50,276 nucleotides of DNA, taken from IMG/VR virus record IMGVR_UViG_3300036786_000189, positions 1 through 50,276 of that record. One strand, written 5' to 3'. Positions 7,002-16,906 of the stretch are shown one piece after another. The notes beneath the pieces were generated by a model, which was given only the letters and a program-made list of their open reading frames with translations, was not told the origin of the DNA and searched no databases. Source of the stretch: a virus (lineage: Duplodnaviria > Caudoviricetes). Made by a program: the position numbers and the translations under genes. The number at the start of each line of letters is the position of its first letter. The first letter of the stretch is position 1.

Positions 7002-9202
7002 TATTGGTCTCCCAACGTAACGCCGGTGAGGTAGCCGTGTGGACAGCGGTGCGGCATCGCATACTTTGTGCCGGCATGAACGTAGTAATCCGCCGTGGAG
7101 TCTCGCAGATCGCACGACGCGCCGAAGAGTGGCGGGACGGGCAAGTTTTGATCGAGGTAGTCGAAGCCCATGCGGAATTGCCAGGCTCCGACGAGCGCGC
7201 GTGATGGGGTGAGGATGAGCTTTCTGCCTAGGATTTGCGGGTTCATCGTGAGCGGGACCATTCCGACGGTATCTTGCAGCGCAAATCCGCACTGCGGCGT
7301 CTCCCCGATCATCACCAGCGGGGCGGTCGGGACGATGAAGAGAGCCGATACAAGGCCACCCGAATAGACCGCAGAAACGGGCTCCAGCCATGGCGGCTTC
7401 ACCTGATCCACGCGCCGGCGCTTCGCGGAACGGCCGATGTAATTTCCGTCCTGCTGAATGCCGATGGCGCTTTCGTGGATGCTGTCGATGGCTTCGTAAG
7501 GAAACGCGCCCGTGGTCGAAACAAAGTCGAAGTGCGGATCGGTCATGCAGAGGTTGAGAAGCGCCTGCTGGATCGAGCCGCTATAGCCGGACGCCGGCAT
7601 GTGCGAGGACATTTGCGAGACCGCGAAGCAGACTGGGAACGTCTGCAACGTGATAGCGCGGATATCCGCATCCAGATCGGAGCGAAGCTGGGCGTAGATG
7701 CTGATGAGCGTGGAAACGTCGAGCGCCAGATCGCTGGCGGCGGCGCCCGGAGCAAACGGCACATATAGGACGGAGAACGACTTGCCCGCGGCCGTCGCAG
7801 CCGCATAGGCCGCCGCGACCTGGTCGAGGGCGAGCTGGTAGAATGGCTGTCCTTTGACAAGTTGCGTGATCGCGTAGGACGAGTGCCCTGCCGCTGCCGC
7901 GAAAATCGTGATCTTGCCAGCGGTTCCGTTCAGCGCAGCGGCGGGACCGTTCTCCTTGATGTGGATCTGTGTAAAGCCGTTGGCCGCGCCGGAGGCCCAG
8001 GTCTCGCCCTCAACGCCGCTGGTGCCATCGGCCGCCGCTCCGTCGACCTCGTTCAAGGTGACGATCGGGCCCGACGCATCCCAGGGATTGAACCCGATAC
8101 CGCCCGGCTTTGACGAGCGCACGCCCGCGCTCAGCATCAGATGCCCGTAGGGCGACGCGCCAGAAATGTGCGGAATGGCATTGTAGCCAAGCCGCAGGCT
8201 TTGGGAGGTGCTGACAAAGCCCATCCAGTCCGTCGCAGCCGGAATATCGCCAACGGCCAGCGGCGTCGGCGGCGTCGTCACGGCGTTAATGCCGGGGCCG
8301 ACCAGAACACGCGAATCCTTGTCGAACCCGATCAACGCCGCATCCGCGCCATATTCGAGCGGCAGGAGGGACGTGGTGCTGTCCGGCGTGTGCAGTTCCT
8401 GGCTAGTGAATGTTCCCTCTATCATCGCGGTGCGCGAAGCCAGCGCTGCCTCCGCGGCGCTCGCGCGCGACGTTTCGCCCGCGAGCGCAACGGTGAGCGC
8501 GGTTGCAATTCCGAAGACGATCACCGGAAGCGCCGTCGTGCCGACCGTGATCGCGGTCGCGGCGACATTCACCTGGAGGACGTAGCCCTGGTATAGCGTG
8601 CCCGCCAAAACCACGGCCGTCCCGTAGCCCAGCTCGCTCGCCGAATCCGCGTCGGTGGCGCGGGTCAAAATCCATGGATGTGTGGAGTCCCCAATCTGGG
8701 TCACGACATAAATGCCGTTCTGCAGGGTCGATGCCTGCCACCAAACCCAGAGGCGCTTGTTCACTACGACGGCTTGGCCGTCCTGAGAGGCGAGTGCACC
8801 ATTGGCGGTGGCCGTGAGCATCGCTCCGACGCCGGACGTGCCGGGAGCATAGGTGCAGCTAGGCAGGGCCGCAGTGGTCGCAAAGTCGACCGTGCCGGGA
8901 GGTGTGCCGCCGCTGACCGGATTGTAGTGCTGCGCGACGCCCGTGATGTCCTGAAGACGCGCGGCGTCGCCGGGATTAACGGGCGCGGGGAGCGCCGGGG
9001 ACACCGTGAACGTTTTTTGGACCAGGATCGTCTGTGGGGTCGTGAGGTCGACGAAGATGCCGCTGTTCGGCATCGCGTCCTCGATTTGGCCGAACAAGGC
9101 GCGGATGGACGGTTTATCGGGCTCCGCGACACCGCTATCGGGATCGTTCGGAATGTTGAAGTCCTGGTAAGCAGCATCGGCCGCATCGCGGATCGCGCCC
9201 AT
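7001..9202 (-). CDS. Tail fibre/tailspike with SGNH-like esterase domain (733 aa)
   Basis: AGGAG RBS; fibre-type N-terminal segment (QNGIYVVT...LTRATDAD); SQSL and DSIH catalytic-like motifs; follows the tail tip gene. Confidence 0.75.
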   Translation of the reverse strand: MGAIRDAADAAYQDFNIPNDPDSGVAEPDKPSIRALFGQIEDAMPNSGIFVDLTTPQTILVQKTFTVSPALPAPVNPGDAARLQDITGVAQHYNPVSGGTPPGTVDFATTAALPSCTYAPGTSGVGAMLTATANGALASQDGQAVVVNKRLWVWWQASTLQNGIYVVTQIGDSTHPWILTRATDADSASELGYGTAVVLAGTLYQGYVLQVNVAATAITVGTTALPVIVFGIATALTVALAGETSRASAAEAALASRTAMIEGTFTSQELHTPDSTTSLLPLEYGADAALIGFDKDSRVLVGPGINAVTTPPTPLAVGDIPAATDWMGFVSTSQSLRLGYNAIPHISGASPYGHLMLSAGVRSSKPGGIGFNPWDASGPIVTLNEVDGAAADGTSGVEGETWASGAANGFTQIHIKENGPAAALNGTAGKITIFAAAAGHSSYAITQLVKGQPFYQLALDQVAAAYAAATAAGKSFSVLYVPFAPGAAASDLALDVSTLISIYAQLRSDLDADIRAITLQTFPVCFAVSQMSSHMPASGYSGSIQQALLNLCMTDPHFDFVSTTGAFPYEAIDSIHESAIGIQQDGNYIGRSAKRRRVDQVKPPWLEPVSAVYSGGLVSALFIVPTAPLVMIGETPQCGFALQDTVGMVPLTMNPQILGRKLILTPSRALVGAWQFRMGFDYLDQNLPVPPLFGASCDLRDSTADYYVHAGTKYAMPHRCPHGYLTGVTLGDQ

Positions 9203-9228
9203 GTTCGTCTCCTTGAGATAGTTGGATT

Positions 9229-11658
9229 TCAGATCGTGACAGTCACCGGGCCCGTGTGGCCTGAAGGGGTGCCAGCGCTGTTTTCAGCCGTGACCCAATA
9301 GTCGTAGGCGCCGGATGTCAGACCGGCGTCGAGGTAAGAGCCGGTGCCCCCCAACGGGCCAGGCTCCGCTCCCGATACATCCGCCGCCGCGCCGAACCCT
9401 GCTCCGTGCGCGGCGCGCCAGACACGCGCCGCCGCGAAGTTCGAGGACGTGGGATTGCGCCAGCCAATTGTGGCATCCGTACCGGACACCGATTCCGTCA
9501 CATCGCTCGGCGCGCCCGGCGCCACGTTCGAGGTCGACGTGGAGACCGTCGTCGTGGGGGACCAATCGGAGAGCGAACCGGCACCGGTGAGATAAGCAAC
9601 CTCGACCTCGATCGAGGCATCCGCCGGCACGAAGTCGGTGTCGATTACAACGTCGGGATAGGCGGTTATCGAGGGATAGCTAGCCTCGACCCAACTCACC
9701 GCGCCTGTCTTGCGCCAGCGCGCCGACCAGGTGAGGTCGTTGCGGTCCGGCCCCGTCGCGTCGATTTCGATGCGCACACCTTGCGTATCGCCGGTTCCGG
9801 TCGTGTCGAACATCGCCGACGACGATGTGATCGTGGGCGCATCCAATTGCTCGCCTTCGACGCGGTCGACAGTGGAGGGGCCGCCGCCTTCCTCGGTGAG
9901 GTAGTTCCAGGCGTCGACATTCGGATCGGCCGCAGTCACGGTGAAGACGATGGACAAGCCATCTTCAGCGATCTCCGGATCGCCCGTGACCTCGACCACC
10001 ACGTCATCGAGCTCGTCGATCTCGTTCGGGCCAGCCTGCACGCGGATATAGCGTTCGCCTATCCCATCCATGCCCGATAGCTTGGTGCGGATCGTTCCCG
10101 AGCCCGCGAGCAGCTTGGCCAAAGCGCGCTTGGCGAGGCGCCGCGCCTGACTGTTCTGCTGGCACCATTGCGGATAGAAGGACTGGGCGCGCGTGGCACC
10201 GCGCTGGACGATGTCTTCCTCGTCGTTCCATGGATCGGTGTCGACCTGGTTGTAGTCGAACTCCGGCGCGCAATAGCTGACATTGAGCTGGTTGCAGGCC
10301 TGCTCGTCCACAACATAGGAGGACCAGGCGTAGTCAATGATGTCATCGGCGGTCAGCGTCACCGTCGGCTCTTCGTAACGCCCCGCCTTGATGATAACGG
10401 CGCCTTGCCCGTTGCGGCACATCCAGCCATCGCAGCATGTCCGGAATTGCAGCACCACATCGGAGAGCTGGTTACCCCCGGTATAGTATCCATTGCAGGT
10501 GTAGCGCTTCTCCGTCGCCGGATTGGTCGGATCGGACAGCCAAGTCACGTGCTCGTACATCGCGTGGCTATGGGCCAGCGTGCCGCTGATATTGATCGTG
10601 AACGGCGACGATGTCCCGCTGACCGAAGCGACCGTGACTGTCTCGGCATTGTCCTGGTTCGGCGCCAGGTTGACCATCATCCCGGCATGCAGCCCGGCCG
10701 CCTTGCTCAATTGGAACGAGGTGTCACCATGGCTCGCATCGGCCTGGACCACGGCGAGCAGCCCTTTGACTGGCACGTCTTCGTCGCACACATCCGCGGA
10801 CACCGTCAGGATGTCGAGCGTGGGCGCAAAGCATTTGTCCCAATCGTAGTCCCACTTGCGCCACAGATCGTTCACCCAGCAGACGATAGGGTTATCGCTC
10901 CACGCCCAGGTCGAGGCATCGTCCTTGGACTGGCTGCCGTCGCGCCAATCGTAGACCAGCGATAGGCGCGCCGCGACCGACGGCGAAGGCTTGCCGTTCG
11001 GAAACTGCTTGGGATAGATGCTAAGACCGCCGCTGCGGACACGTATCCAATAGCTCGCGATGCCGTCGCCGCGGCAGGATGTCGACCAGGCCGCCGGAAG
11101 CTCCGTCGCCAGATCGGAGTAGGCGGTTTCCGTGGCGAGCCCCAGGCGCGTCTGGATGATGACTGGCGCCGTCGTCGGATCGACCGCATTCAAACCAAGC
11201 AGATTGATGATGGGAAGCAGCGGATCGGTGCCGTAGATGCGCCCATAATTCCAGTCGTCGGAGGAATAGGACCCATCCTTGAGCGGGATGACGGCCCCGG
11301 TCTCGTACAGCCGGACCTTGTCGTCGTTGAGATACCACTGCTCGTAGCCGTCGATCTGCCCCTGATGGAACGCGAACACGCGCTCCAGAATATTTGCCGT
11401 GACTTCATCGAGCATGAATGCGCCGGCGATGCGCGCCCGACCATAGCCGACATTGGCATAGGGTATCGGCTGCTTGACAGGCTGCTTGCCCGCCTGCGGG
11501 TCCGGTACCGATGGCGCCAGCGCCGCGCTGAGGCCGATGCTGGCGGCGGTGAGCGCGACGGTCCCGATGATTTCGGTGACCGTCGCGCTCACTATGATCG
11601 CCGTACCCGTGACTTCGCTTACAGCCCAGATGATGGCCGCCCCAACCGCCTGCGGCAT
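9229..11658 (-). CDS. Tail tip / host-specificity (gpJ-like) protein with C-terminal FN3-like domains (809 aa)
   Basis: YGRARIAG, WAWSDNP, CDE...RYTCNG and QARRLAK motifs; position after the NlpC-like gene. Confidence 0.88.
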   Translation of the reverse strand: MPQAVGAAIIWAVSEVTGTAIIVSATVTEIIGTVALTAASIGLSAALAPSVPDPQAGKQPVKQPIPYANVGYGRARIAGAFMLDEVTANILERVFAFHQGQIDGYEQWYLNDDKVRLYETGAVIPLKDGSYSSDDWNYGRIYGTDPLLPIINLLGLNAVDPTTAPVIIQTRLGLATETAYSDLATELPAAWSTSCRGDGIASYWIRVRSGGLSIYPKQFPNGKPSPSVAARLSLVYDWRDGSQSKDDASTWAWSDNPIVCWVNDLWRKWDYDWDKCFAPTLDILTVSADVCDEDVPVKGLLAVVQADASHGDTSFQLSKAAGLHAGMMVNLAPNQDNAETVTVASVSGTSSPFTINISGTLAHSHAMYEHVTWLSDPTNPATEKRYTCNGYYTGGNQLSDVVLQFRTCCDGWMCRNGQGAVIIKAGRYEEPTVTLTADDIIDYAWSSYVVDEQACNQLNVSYCAPEFDYNQVDTDPWNDEEDIVQRGATRAQSFYPQWCQQNSQARRLAKRALAKLLAGSGTIRTKLSGMDGIGERYIRVQAGPNEIDELDDVVVEVTGDPEIAEDGLSIVFTVTAADPNVDAWNYLTEEGGGPSTVDRVEGEQLDAPTITSSSAMFDTTGTGDTQGVRIEIDATGPDRNDLTWSARWRKTGAVSWVEASYPSITAYPDVVIDTDFVPADASIEVEVAYLTGAGSLSDWSPTTTVSTSTSNVAPGAPSDVTESVSGTDATIGWRNPTSSNFAAARVWRAAHGAGFGAAADVSGAEPGPLGGTGSYLDAGLTSGAYDYWVTAENSAGTPSGHTGPVTVTI

Positions 11659-11661
11659 CGC

Positions 11662-12054
11662 CTACAGGCCCCACGCGGCAGTGAAATCTGTCGCGAGCAC
11701 GAGCAGCCCGCGTGCGCCCAGCATCGCCCAGCCATGCGCCGTCTTGACGCCGCCGACGACGCGGTTGCCGCCTTTGGTCGCGACCAGCACCGCGCCCACA
11801 TCGCCAGGCTTCGGCGCCTGGGTGCGCATCACGCCGAGGGGAGCAAGCGCCTTGTGCATGATCGCTACGACACCGCCCTCGCGGCGCAGGATGCGCTCGC
11901 AGCCCAGCGCGCTATCGTACGTGCCCCGCCACTCCGCGGCAGGATCGACGCCCAGGCGATCGCGTACGCAATCGGCCGGAAACAGAAGGCAATCGAACGA
12001 TCCGAACGCGAAAGGCTTTGCCGCGGCGCGCGACAGGAATTGGGCGAGCGTCAT
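11662..12054 (-). CDS. Tail assembly protein, NlpC/P60-like (DUF6950-like, 130 aa)
   Basis: FAFGSFDCLLF...WRGTY...PGDVG; lambda gpK position. Confidence 0.8.
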   Translation of the reverse strand: MTLAQFLSRAAAKPFAFGSFDCLLFPADCVRDRLGVDPAAEWRGTYDSALGCERILRREGGVVAIMHKALAPLGVMRTQAPKPGDVGAVLVATKGGNRVVGGVKTAHGWAMLGARGLLVLATDFTAAWGL

Positions 12055-12635
12055 GTCGGCCACCGTTCCGTCGTTTGCGAGTTGTAGAGAACGACCCGGT
12101 CGCAGAATGCGTCGGTCGGCGAACGCAGCCGCTGGTCGATGCCCGTCCAGCGCCACAAGTTCTTCTGCTTGCGCCCGACCTCGCCTGTGCCGACCGACAG
12201 CGACACGGTGCGCGTGACGGGTTGCTGCGAGCCTGTGCGCGCCGCCTTGGGCGTATCGGCAACGCCGTTCCAGAACCACGCGACCGAAGCCATCGGCTGC
12301 TTGTCGGGGCCGAGCATCGTGAGGCCCCAAAAGACCTCCGCGCCGCGCACCGTGGCGCGGTCGGCATTCGCAAGCCGAAGCACCTCTGCCGTGACGCCGC
12401 TGAGGGCAAATTCGTGCCGGATCATCGCCCCGTTCAACGGCACGCGGATCGACGGGATCTGGACGAAGATGCCGAGCCCCCGATAGACGCCGCCCGCCGT
12501 GTCGACGCTGTCGGACGGCAGGCGAAAATCCCCGACGCCGCTCCAGATGCGAACCGGCGTGTCCGTCTGCATGAAGAAGAACCAAGCGGGCGGATTGCGG
12601 TCGCTGCGGAGCTGATCCTGCGTCAAGCCGGTCAC
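12051..12635 (-). CDS. Minor tail protein (gpL/DUF2163-like, 194 aa)
   Basis: RIWSGVGD, YRGLG, DQRLRSPTDAFC; position in the tail tip module. Confidence 0.75.
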   Translation of the reverse strand: MTGLTQDQLRSDRNPPAWFFFMQTDTPVRIWSGVGDFRLPSDSVDTAGGVYRGLGIFVQIPSIRVPLNGAMIRHEFALSGVTAEVLRLANADRATVRGAEVFWGLTMLGPDKQPMASVAWFWNGVADTPKAARTGSQQPVTRTVSLSVGTGEVGRKQKNLWRWTGIDQRLRSPTDAFCDRVVLYNSQTTERWPT

Positions 12636-13327
12636 GAGAAGGTTTCCTCGAAGGTGATCGAGGGCTGGCCGCGATAGGGCCGCTCGATCTTGGGCCAGAT
12701 CGAAGAGAGCGCCGAGGCGGACAGCTTCATCGTGCAGCGCGGCTTCTGGAAATCGGCGAAAGTGCCGTCGGCATAGTCCTCGCGCAACGGCGGCAGGAAG
12801 CTGATCGAGAAAAGGTCACCATCCACGTCGGTCACCGCGCCGATGAGATAGAGCCGGTCGCCATAGGTCGGCCCAGTCAACGTGAAGAACTCGCCACCCT
12901 TGATCGCGGACCCCATGCTTCGCGTGACTTGCATGGACGTCGCGCGCAGGCTCGCGTCCCCCGTGACCGCGTACGAAATGATGCCGGTCTCGTAGAGCGA
13001 GCCGTCCGAGAACGGCGATCCGTCGCTATGCGGCACGAGCGCCGCGCCCGTGAACCCGGCCGGCCACGGCTGGGCCACATCGATCACTGGCACGACGATG
13101 GGCACGGCGCCGGAGCCGAGCCGGACTGCGAGCGCCCGCCACATCCGGATTTCGGCCGTGCTGGTCAGCAACTTGATGTCGCACTGCGCCGTCCACCAGC
13201 CGCCGCCCGAAATGTCCGGCGCGGGCGGCGGTCCGGAAATCGGCTGGCCGCCAGTCACCACCGTGCCGGCGAGCGCCCATTGCAGCCCTACGGATGGAAA
13301 CAGCGTGTTCTGGAAGGTCTCGATCAT
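12632..13327 (-). CDS. Distal tail (Dit-like) protein (231 aa)
   Basis: Immediately follows the TMP; GGGWW and HSDGSPFSDGSLY motifs. Confidence 0.7.
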   Translation of the reverse strand: MIETFQNTLFPSVGLQWALAGTVVTGGQPISGPPPAPDISGGGWWTAQCDIKLLTSTAEIRMWRALAVRLGSGAVPIVVPVIDVAQPWPAGFTGAALVPHSDGSPFSDGSLYETGIISYAVTGDASLRATSMQVTRSMGSAIKGGEFFTLTGPTYGDRLYLIGAVTDVDGDLFSISFLPPLREDYADGTFADFQKPRCTMKLSASALSSIWPKIERPYRGQPSITFEETFS

Positions 13328-16300
13328 CAGCCGTGCTCGTAAAAGTCTTGCTGTTGCCAGTTCGCATTGACGCGCCGCGCCTGCTTGAGCGCCGACGCGG
13401 TCGCGTTGCGCTCGGCGCGCGAAGCCATGGCGTTCATCTGGGCGAGAAGATCCTCGGTCATCACCGCCCCGCGAAGGTCGAAATACATCCCCGACTGCTG
13501 CCTGGCACCCTTCGAGCTCGCCGATGACTGCCGGTCGAACGATGCCTTGGTCTCTTCGAGATTAAGGACGCGCTCGCCCCGCTTGAGGATCGCAGGAACC
13601 TCATCGCCGGCCAGACCACCGCCGTGGTAGCGCGGCGCGCCGCGGAACGCCGATGACGGCACATAGCGGACATTGGAGAAGCTTCCCGCAACGCCGCCTT
13701 CGTGGAAGGTCGAAACCAGGCTGGCGACGTCCGTCAGTATCCCGCTGTCGTCGTTCGCGCCATCACCGCCGAAGTCGAACAGGCCGCCGAGCGACGACGA
13801 CAGCGGCGACATGATGACGTAGAAGGGTGCATCCAGGCTGCCGTCCGGCTTGACGCCGGGGATCGCAACGCCGGCGCCCGGCGTGCCGCCTCCGAACAGC
13901 GAACCCAACGCGCCCCCGACAGAATCTCCGGTCGGCAGGTTGGTGCCGAAGGTCATGTTCTTCAGCGGGTTGATCACGCCGAGCTTGAGCAGATCGCCTT
14001 CGAAATCTTGCAGCACGCCGAGGCCGAGCTTCTGGAAATCCTTCCAGCCGAACTTGCCCTGCACGATGAAGCTCGAGAACTTGCTCGACATGCTGTCGAA
14101 CACGTCCTCGACTTCGCCGCGGCTGGATTTGGCGAGGTCGAGCTGCTGGTTGAGGATCACCGCCTGCTGGGCATTGGCGATGATCTGCTTGCCCTCGTCG
14201 CTTTCCGCCTTGATGTTGTCGTTCAGCAGTTGCTGCTTGGCCTGGAGCGCGGCGGTCTCGACCTGACGCGCGCCGTCGTTGTCGTTGGCGATCGCCAGTT
14301 CCTGCTTGAGCAGATCGATGTTCTGGTCGCCCTGCGTCCGCAGCGCTAGCGCCTTGGTACGTGTCTGCTCGGTATTGTCCTTCTCGCGCGCCGCCGTGAG
14401 CGCCGCGATCACCTTGGCGAGCTCTTTCTTCGCATCGCCCTCGGCGAAGGCCTGCGCGATCAGGAGTGGCGCGATCGCGGTCTGCGTCTCCATCTCGCGG
14501 CTTGCCTGCTCGCTCGTCATCGTGCCTGCGGCGACCTGGTCGTTGAGCTTCTTGCGGGCCTCGTTCTCGTAGTCGAGCTGGGCGGCCTGCTTGGCGCCCT
14601 GGTCCATCGCCTTTCCAGCCGCGTCGCCGAGCTTCTTCGCGCCGGCCTCGGCGGCCTCCCCGGAGGCCGCGCCCTTCAGATAGGCCTCGGCCAGCGCGAT
14701 ATAGGCGACCGCCTGCTTGTCGATATTGGCGGTCGCCTCGGCATAGGCCTTCGCCCCCGCCATTTGGATTTCGCGGTTCGCCTCGGCCGTGGTGACCACC
14801 TTGCCGGATAGTTCCACCGCCTTCTGCTGCTCGGCGATGGCTTCCTTCTGGGCGGGCGTCTTGGCTTTGAGCGCCGCGATCTGAAGTTCGTCAAGCTTTT
14901 GCGCTTTCGCGGCCGGGTCGAGATAGGAGCTGATCGCGTGGGTATAGGCGTCCTGCGCGCCCGCCACTTCGCGCGCAGTAACAGCGGCCTTCTGCTGCGC
15001 CAGGCTGTTCCCGGCGAGCTGATCCATCGCCGCTTTGTTTTTGTTGAGGCTCTGCTCATCCTCGAAGCCGGGCGTTGCTGCGCGCACGATGGGTCCGGCC
15101 ACAAGTGACAGCTTGGTCGCCGCGGCGTCAGCGGCCGTCTGCTTCGCCTTCTTGTCCGTCTGGTCTATCGCGGCGTTGACGCGGCCCAGGTCGGCAAGGA
15201 TGTCAGGTATCGGTCGCGGCATGCTCGTCTGGCGCGTGGAGTGGCTTTCCGGATCGTATTGCACAAGGCCCTGGCCCTTTTGCGCCAGGGCGAGCTCTGT
15301 TTGCAGCGCCGTTTTCTGCGCGGCAAGGGGCACTGCTTCAAGGCCTCGGCTCATCACCTCGATCGCGTCGGAGGCGTGCTGTTTGATCGAGTCCCAGATG
15401 CCAGTCCAAAAGCCGGTCTGATCCTCGGCGTCCTTGATCGAATTCTTCAGCGCTTCCATCAGGATGGCTTGCGCTCGCGCCGTGTCGTTCGACGCCATCG
15501 CCGTCTGGATGTACTGCGCAGTCTTGTCGTCGAGCGCCCCAAGCCCAGCCAGGAGTTGCTCACCCGCCTTGGCCGGGTCGGCAAACGCCTTCACGAGCGC
15601 GTTCTGCGCCTCGTCCATGCTCTGCCCCGTCGCGTGGGCATATTGCACCGTCAGGTCGATCAGGCCCTTGAGCTGCGTGCCGCCGACCGAGCCTGTTTTG
15701 GCGAAGGCGACCTCGATGTCGCGCGCGGCGTTGACAGAGATGTTGTCCGCGTTGGCCGCGCTTTCCGCGAAAGACTCGATCTGATCGCGCGTCGCGCCCA
15801 CTGCGCGTCCCGCGCCCGTGGTCGCCTGCTCCAGGGCGTGCTCGGCATCCTCCGCGCGGTTGAAGGCGAGAACCACGGCTACGCCGGTTGCCACGACGCC
15901 GGCGATGATGTCGACGAGGGGATTGGCAACGATGCTGCCAACTAGCGCACCAATACCCTGACCTTCGGACGCGCGCATGAAGTCCCCAGCCGCCATGCTC
16001 AACTGGCGGAGCGACAGCCCCCCCGACGCGGCGTTTTCCGCCAGATGCAAGAAGCCTTCGCCGAGTTCACGCGCCTTCGTCACGCTGATCGCTTCGCCCT
16101 CTGAAAGAGCAGCTAGCGAGGCCTTGGTGTCGTCAAAGCTCTTGTGCGCCAGGTAGACGGCTGCTGTGTACTCTGCCTGGCCGAGAGCGCCCTTGTCATA
16201 AAGCTCATCGGCATCCGATAGGGCGGCGTTGAGGCGGACTTGGGAGGCACTAAGCGGATCGATCTGCTCGCGCAACGCCGCCGCGCGTTGCTGCATGGCT

Positions 16301-16884
16301 GTCTGCGCGGCATCCGCGTCACTAAAGACCGCCGCAGAATCCTTCGCCGACTTGGCGCCTACCCCGACGCCAAATGCGGCGTTGAGCGTATTCTGAAAAT
16401 TCTGCCCGACCTGCTCCGCCTTCATCTGTGCGATGGCTGCCGCCTGATCGAATTCCGCTTCGAAAGCCGACGCGGAGTCCTGTGCCGACTTGGCGCCAGC
16501 GCCAATTCCGAACGCAGCGGTAAGGGTGCTTTGGAACGATTGACCAATCTGCTCGGCCTTCATTTGCGCGACCGCGGCCACGCGATCGAACTCGGCCTCG
16601 AAGACTTTGCTGGCATCGCGCGCGGAGCTGGCCATATTGTCGTTGACGCCCATGAACCGGCTAAACGATGTCTGGTTCGCCTGCTGCGTCTGCGCGTTCT
16701 TTTGGGCTTCGGTGAGTTGGCGCTCTGCGGCCTCCTGGCGCTGAATGGCCGAAGTCGCCTGGTCGATGGACTTGCCGAGATCCCCGAATACGGCATCGCC
16801 CGTGCCGCCGATATCCTGCATTCCACGCTGGACATCGGCTTGTCCTTCCAGGCCGATGCGGATGGCAATCTGGCGAGCGGTCAT
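13327..16884 (-). CDS. Tail tape measure protein (about 1185 aa)
   Basis: Very long Ala/Gln-rich helical ORF after the chaperones; C-terminal HEGG...EVPAILKRGERVL. Confidence 0.93.
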   Translation of the reverse strand: MTARQIAIRIGLEGQADVQRGMQDIGGTGDAVFGDLGKSIDQATSAIQRQEAAERQLTEAQKNAQTQQANQTSFSRFMGVNDNMASSARDASKVFEAEFDRVAAVAQMKAEQIGQSFQSTLTAAFGIGAGAKSAQDSASAFEAEFDQAAAIAQMKAEQVGQNFQNTLNAAFGVGVGAKSAKDSAAVFSDADAAQTAMQQRAAALREQIDPLSASQVRLNAALSDADELYDKGALGQAEYTAAVYLAHKSFDDTKASLAALSEGEAISVTKARELGEGFLHLAENAASGGLSLRQLSMAAGDFMRASEGQGIGALVGSIVANPLVDIIAGVVATGVAVVLAFNRAEDAEHALEQATTGAGRAVGATRDQIESFAESAANADNISVNAARDIEVAFAKTGSVGGTQLKGLIDLTVQYAHATGQSMDEAQNALVKAFADPAKAGEQLLAGLGALDDKTAQYIQTAMASNDTARAQAILMEALKNSIKDAEDQTGFWTGIWDSIKQHASDAIEVMSRGLEAVPLAAQKTALQTELALAQKGQGLVQYDPESHSTRQTSMPRPIPDILADLGRVNAAIDQTDKKAKQTAADAAATKLSLVAGPIVRAATPGFEDEQSLNKNKAAMDQLAGNSLAQQKAAVTAREVAGAQDAYTHAISSYLDPAAKAQKLDELQIAALKAKTPAQKEAIAEQQKAVELSGKVVTTAEANREIQMAGAKAYAEATANIDKQAVAYIALAEAYLKGAASGEAAEAGAKKLGDAAGKAMDQGAKQAAQLDYENEARKKLNDQVAAGTMTSEQASREMETQTAIAPLLIAQAFAEGDAKKELAKVIAALTAAREKDNTEQTRTKALALRTQGDQNIDLLKQELAIANDNDGARQVETAALQAKQQLLNDNIKAESDEGKQIIANAQQAVILNQQLDLAKSSRGEVEDVFDSMSSKFSSFIVQGKFGWKDFQKLGLGVLQDFEGDLLKLGVINPLKNMTFGTNLPTGDSVGGALGSLFGGGTPGAGVAIPGVKPDGSLDAPFYVIMSPLSSSLGGLFDFGGDGANDDSGILTDVASLVSTFHEGGVAGSFSNVRYVPSSAFRGAPRYHGGGLAGDEVPAILKRGERVLNLEETKASFDRQSSASSKGARQQSGMYFDLRGAVMTEDLLAQMNAMASRAERNATASALKQARRVNANWQQQDFYEHG

Positions 16885-16906
16885 GTGTTGGTCTTTCGAC
16901 GGCGTT

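Noticed and set aside
11662-12054. NlpC/P60-like gene as the missing endolysin
   Set aside because: Sits in the gpK tail-assembly position, and the catalytic His is not evident
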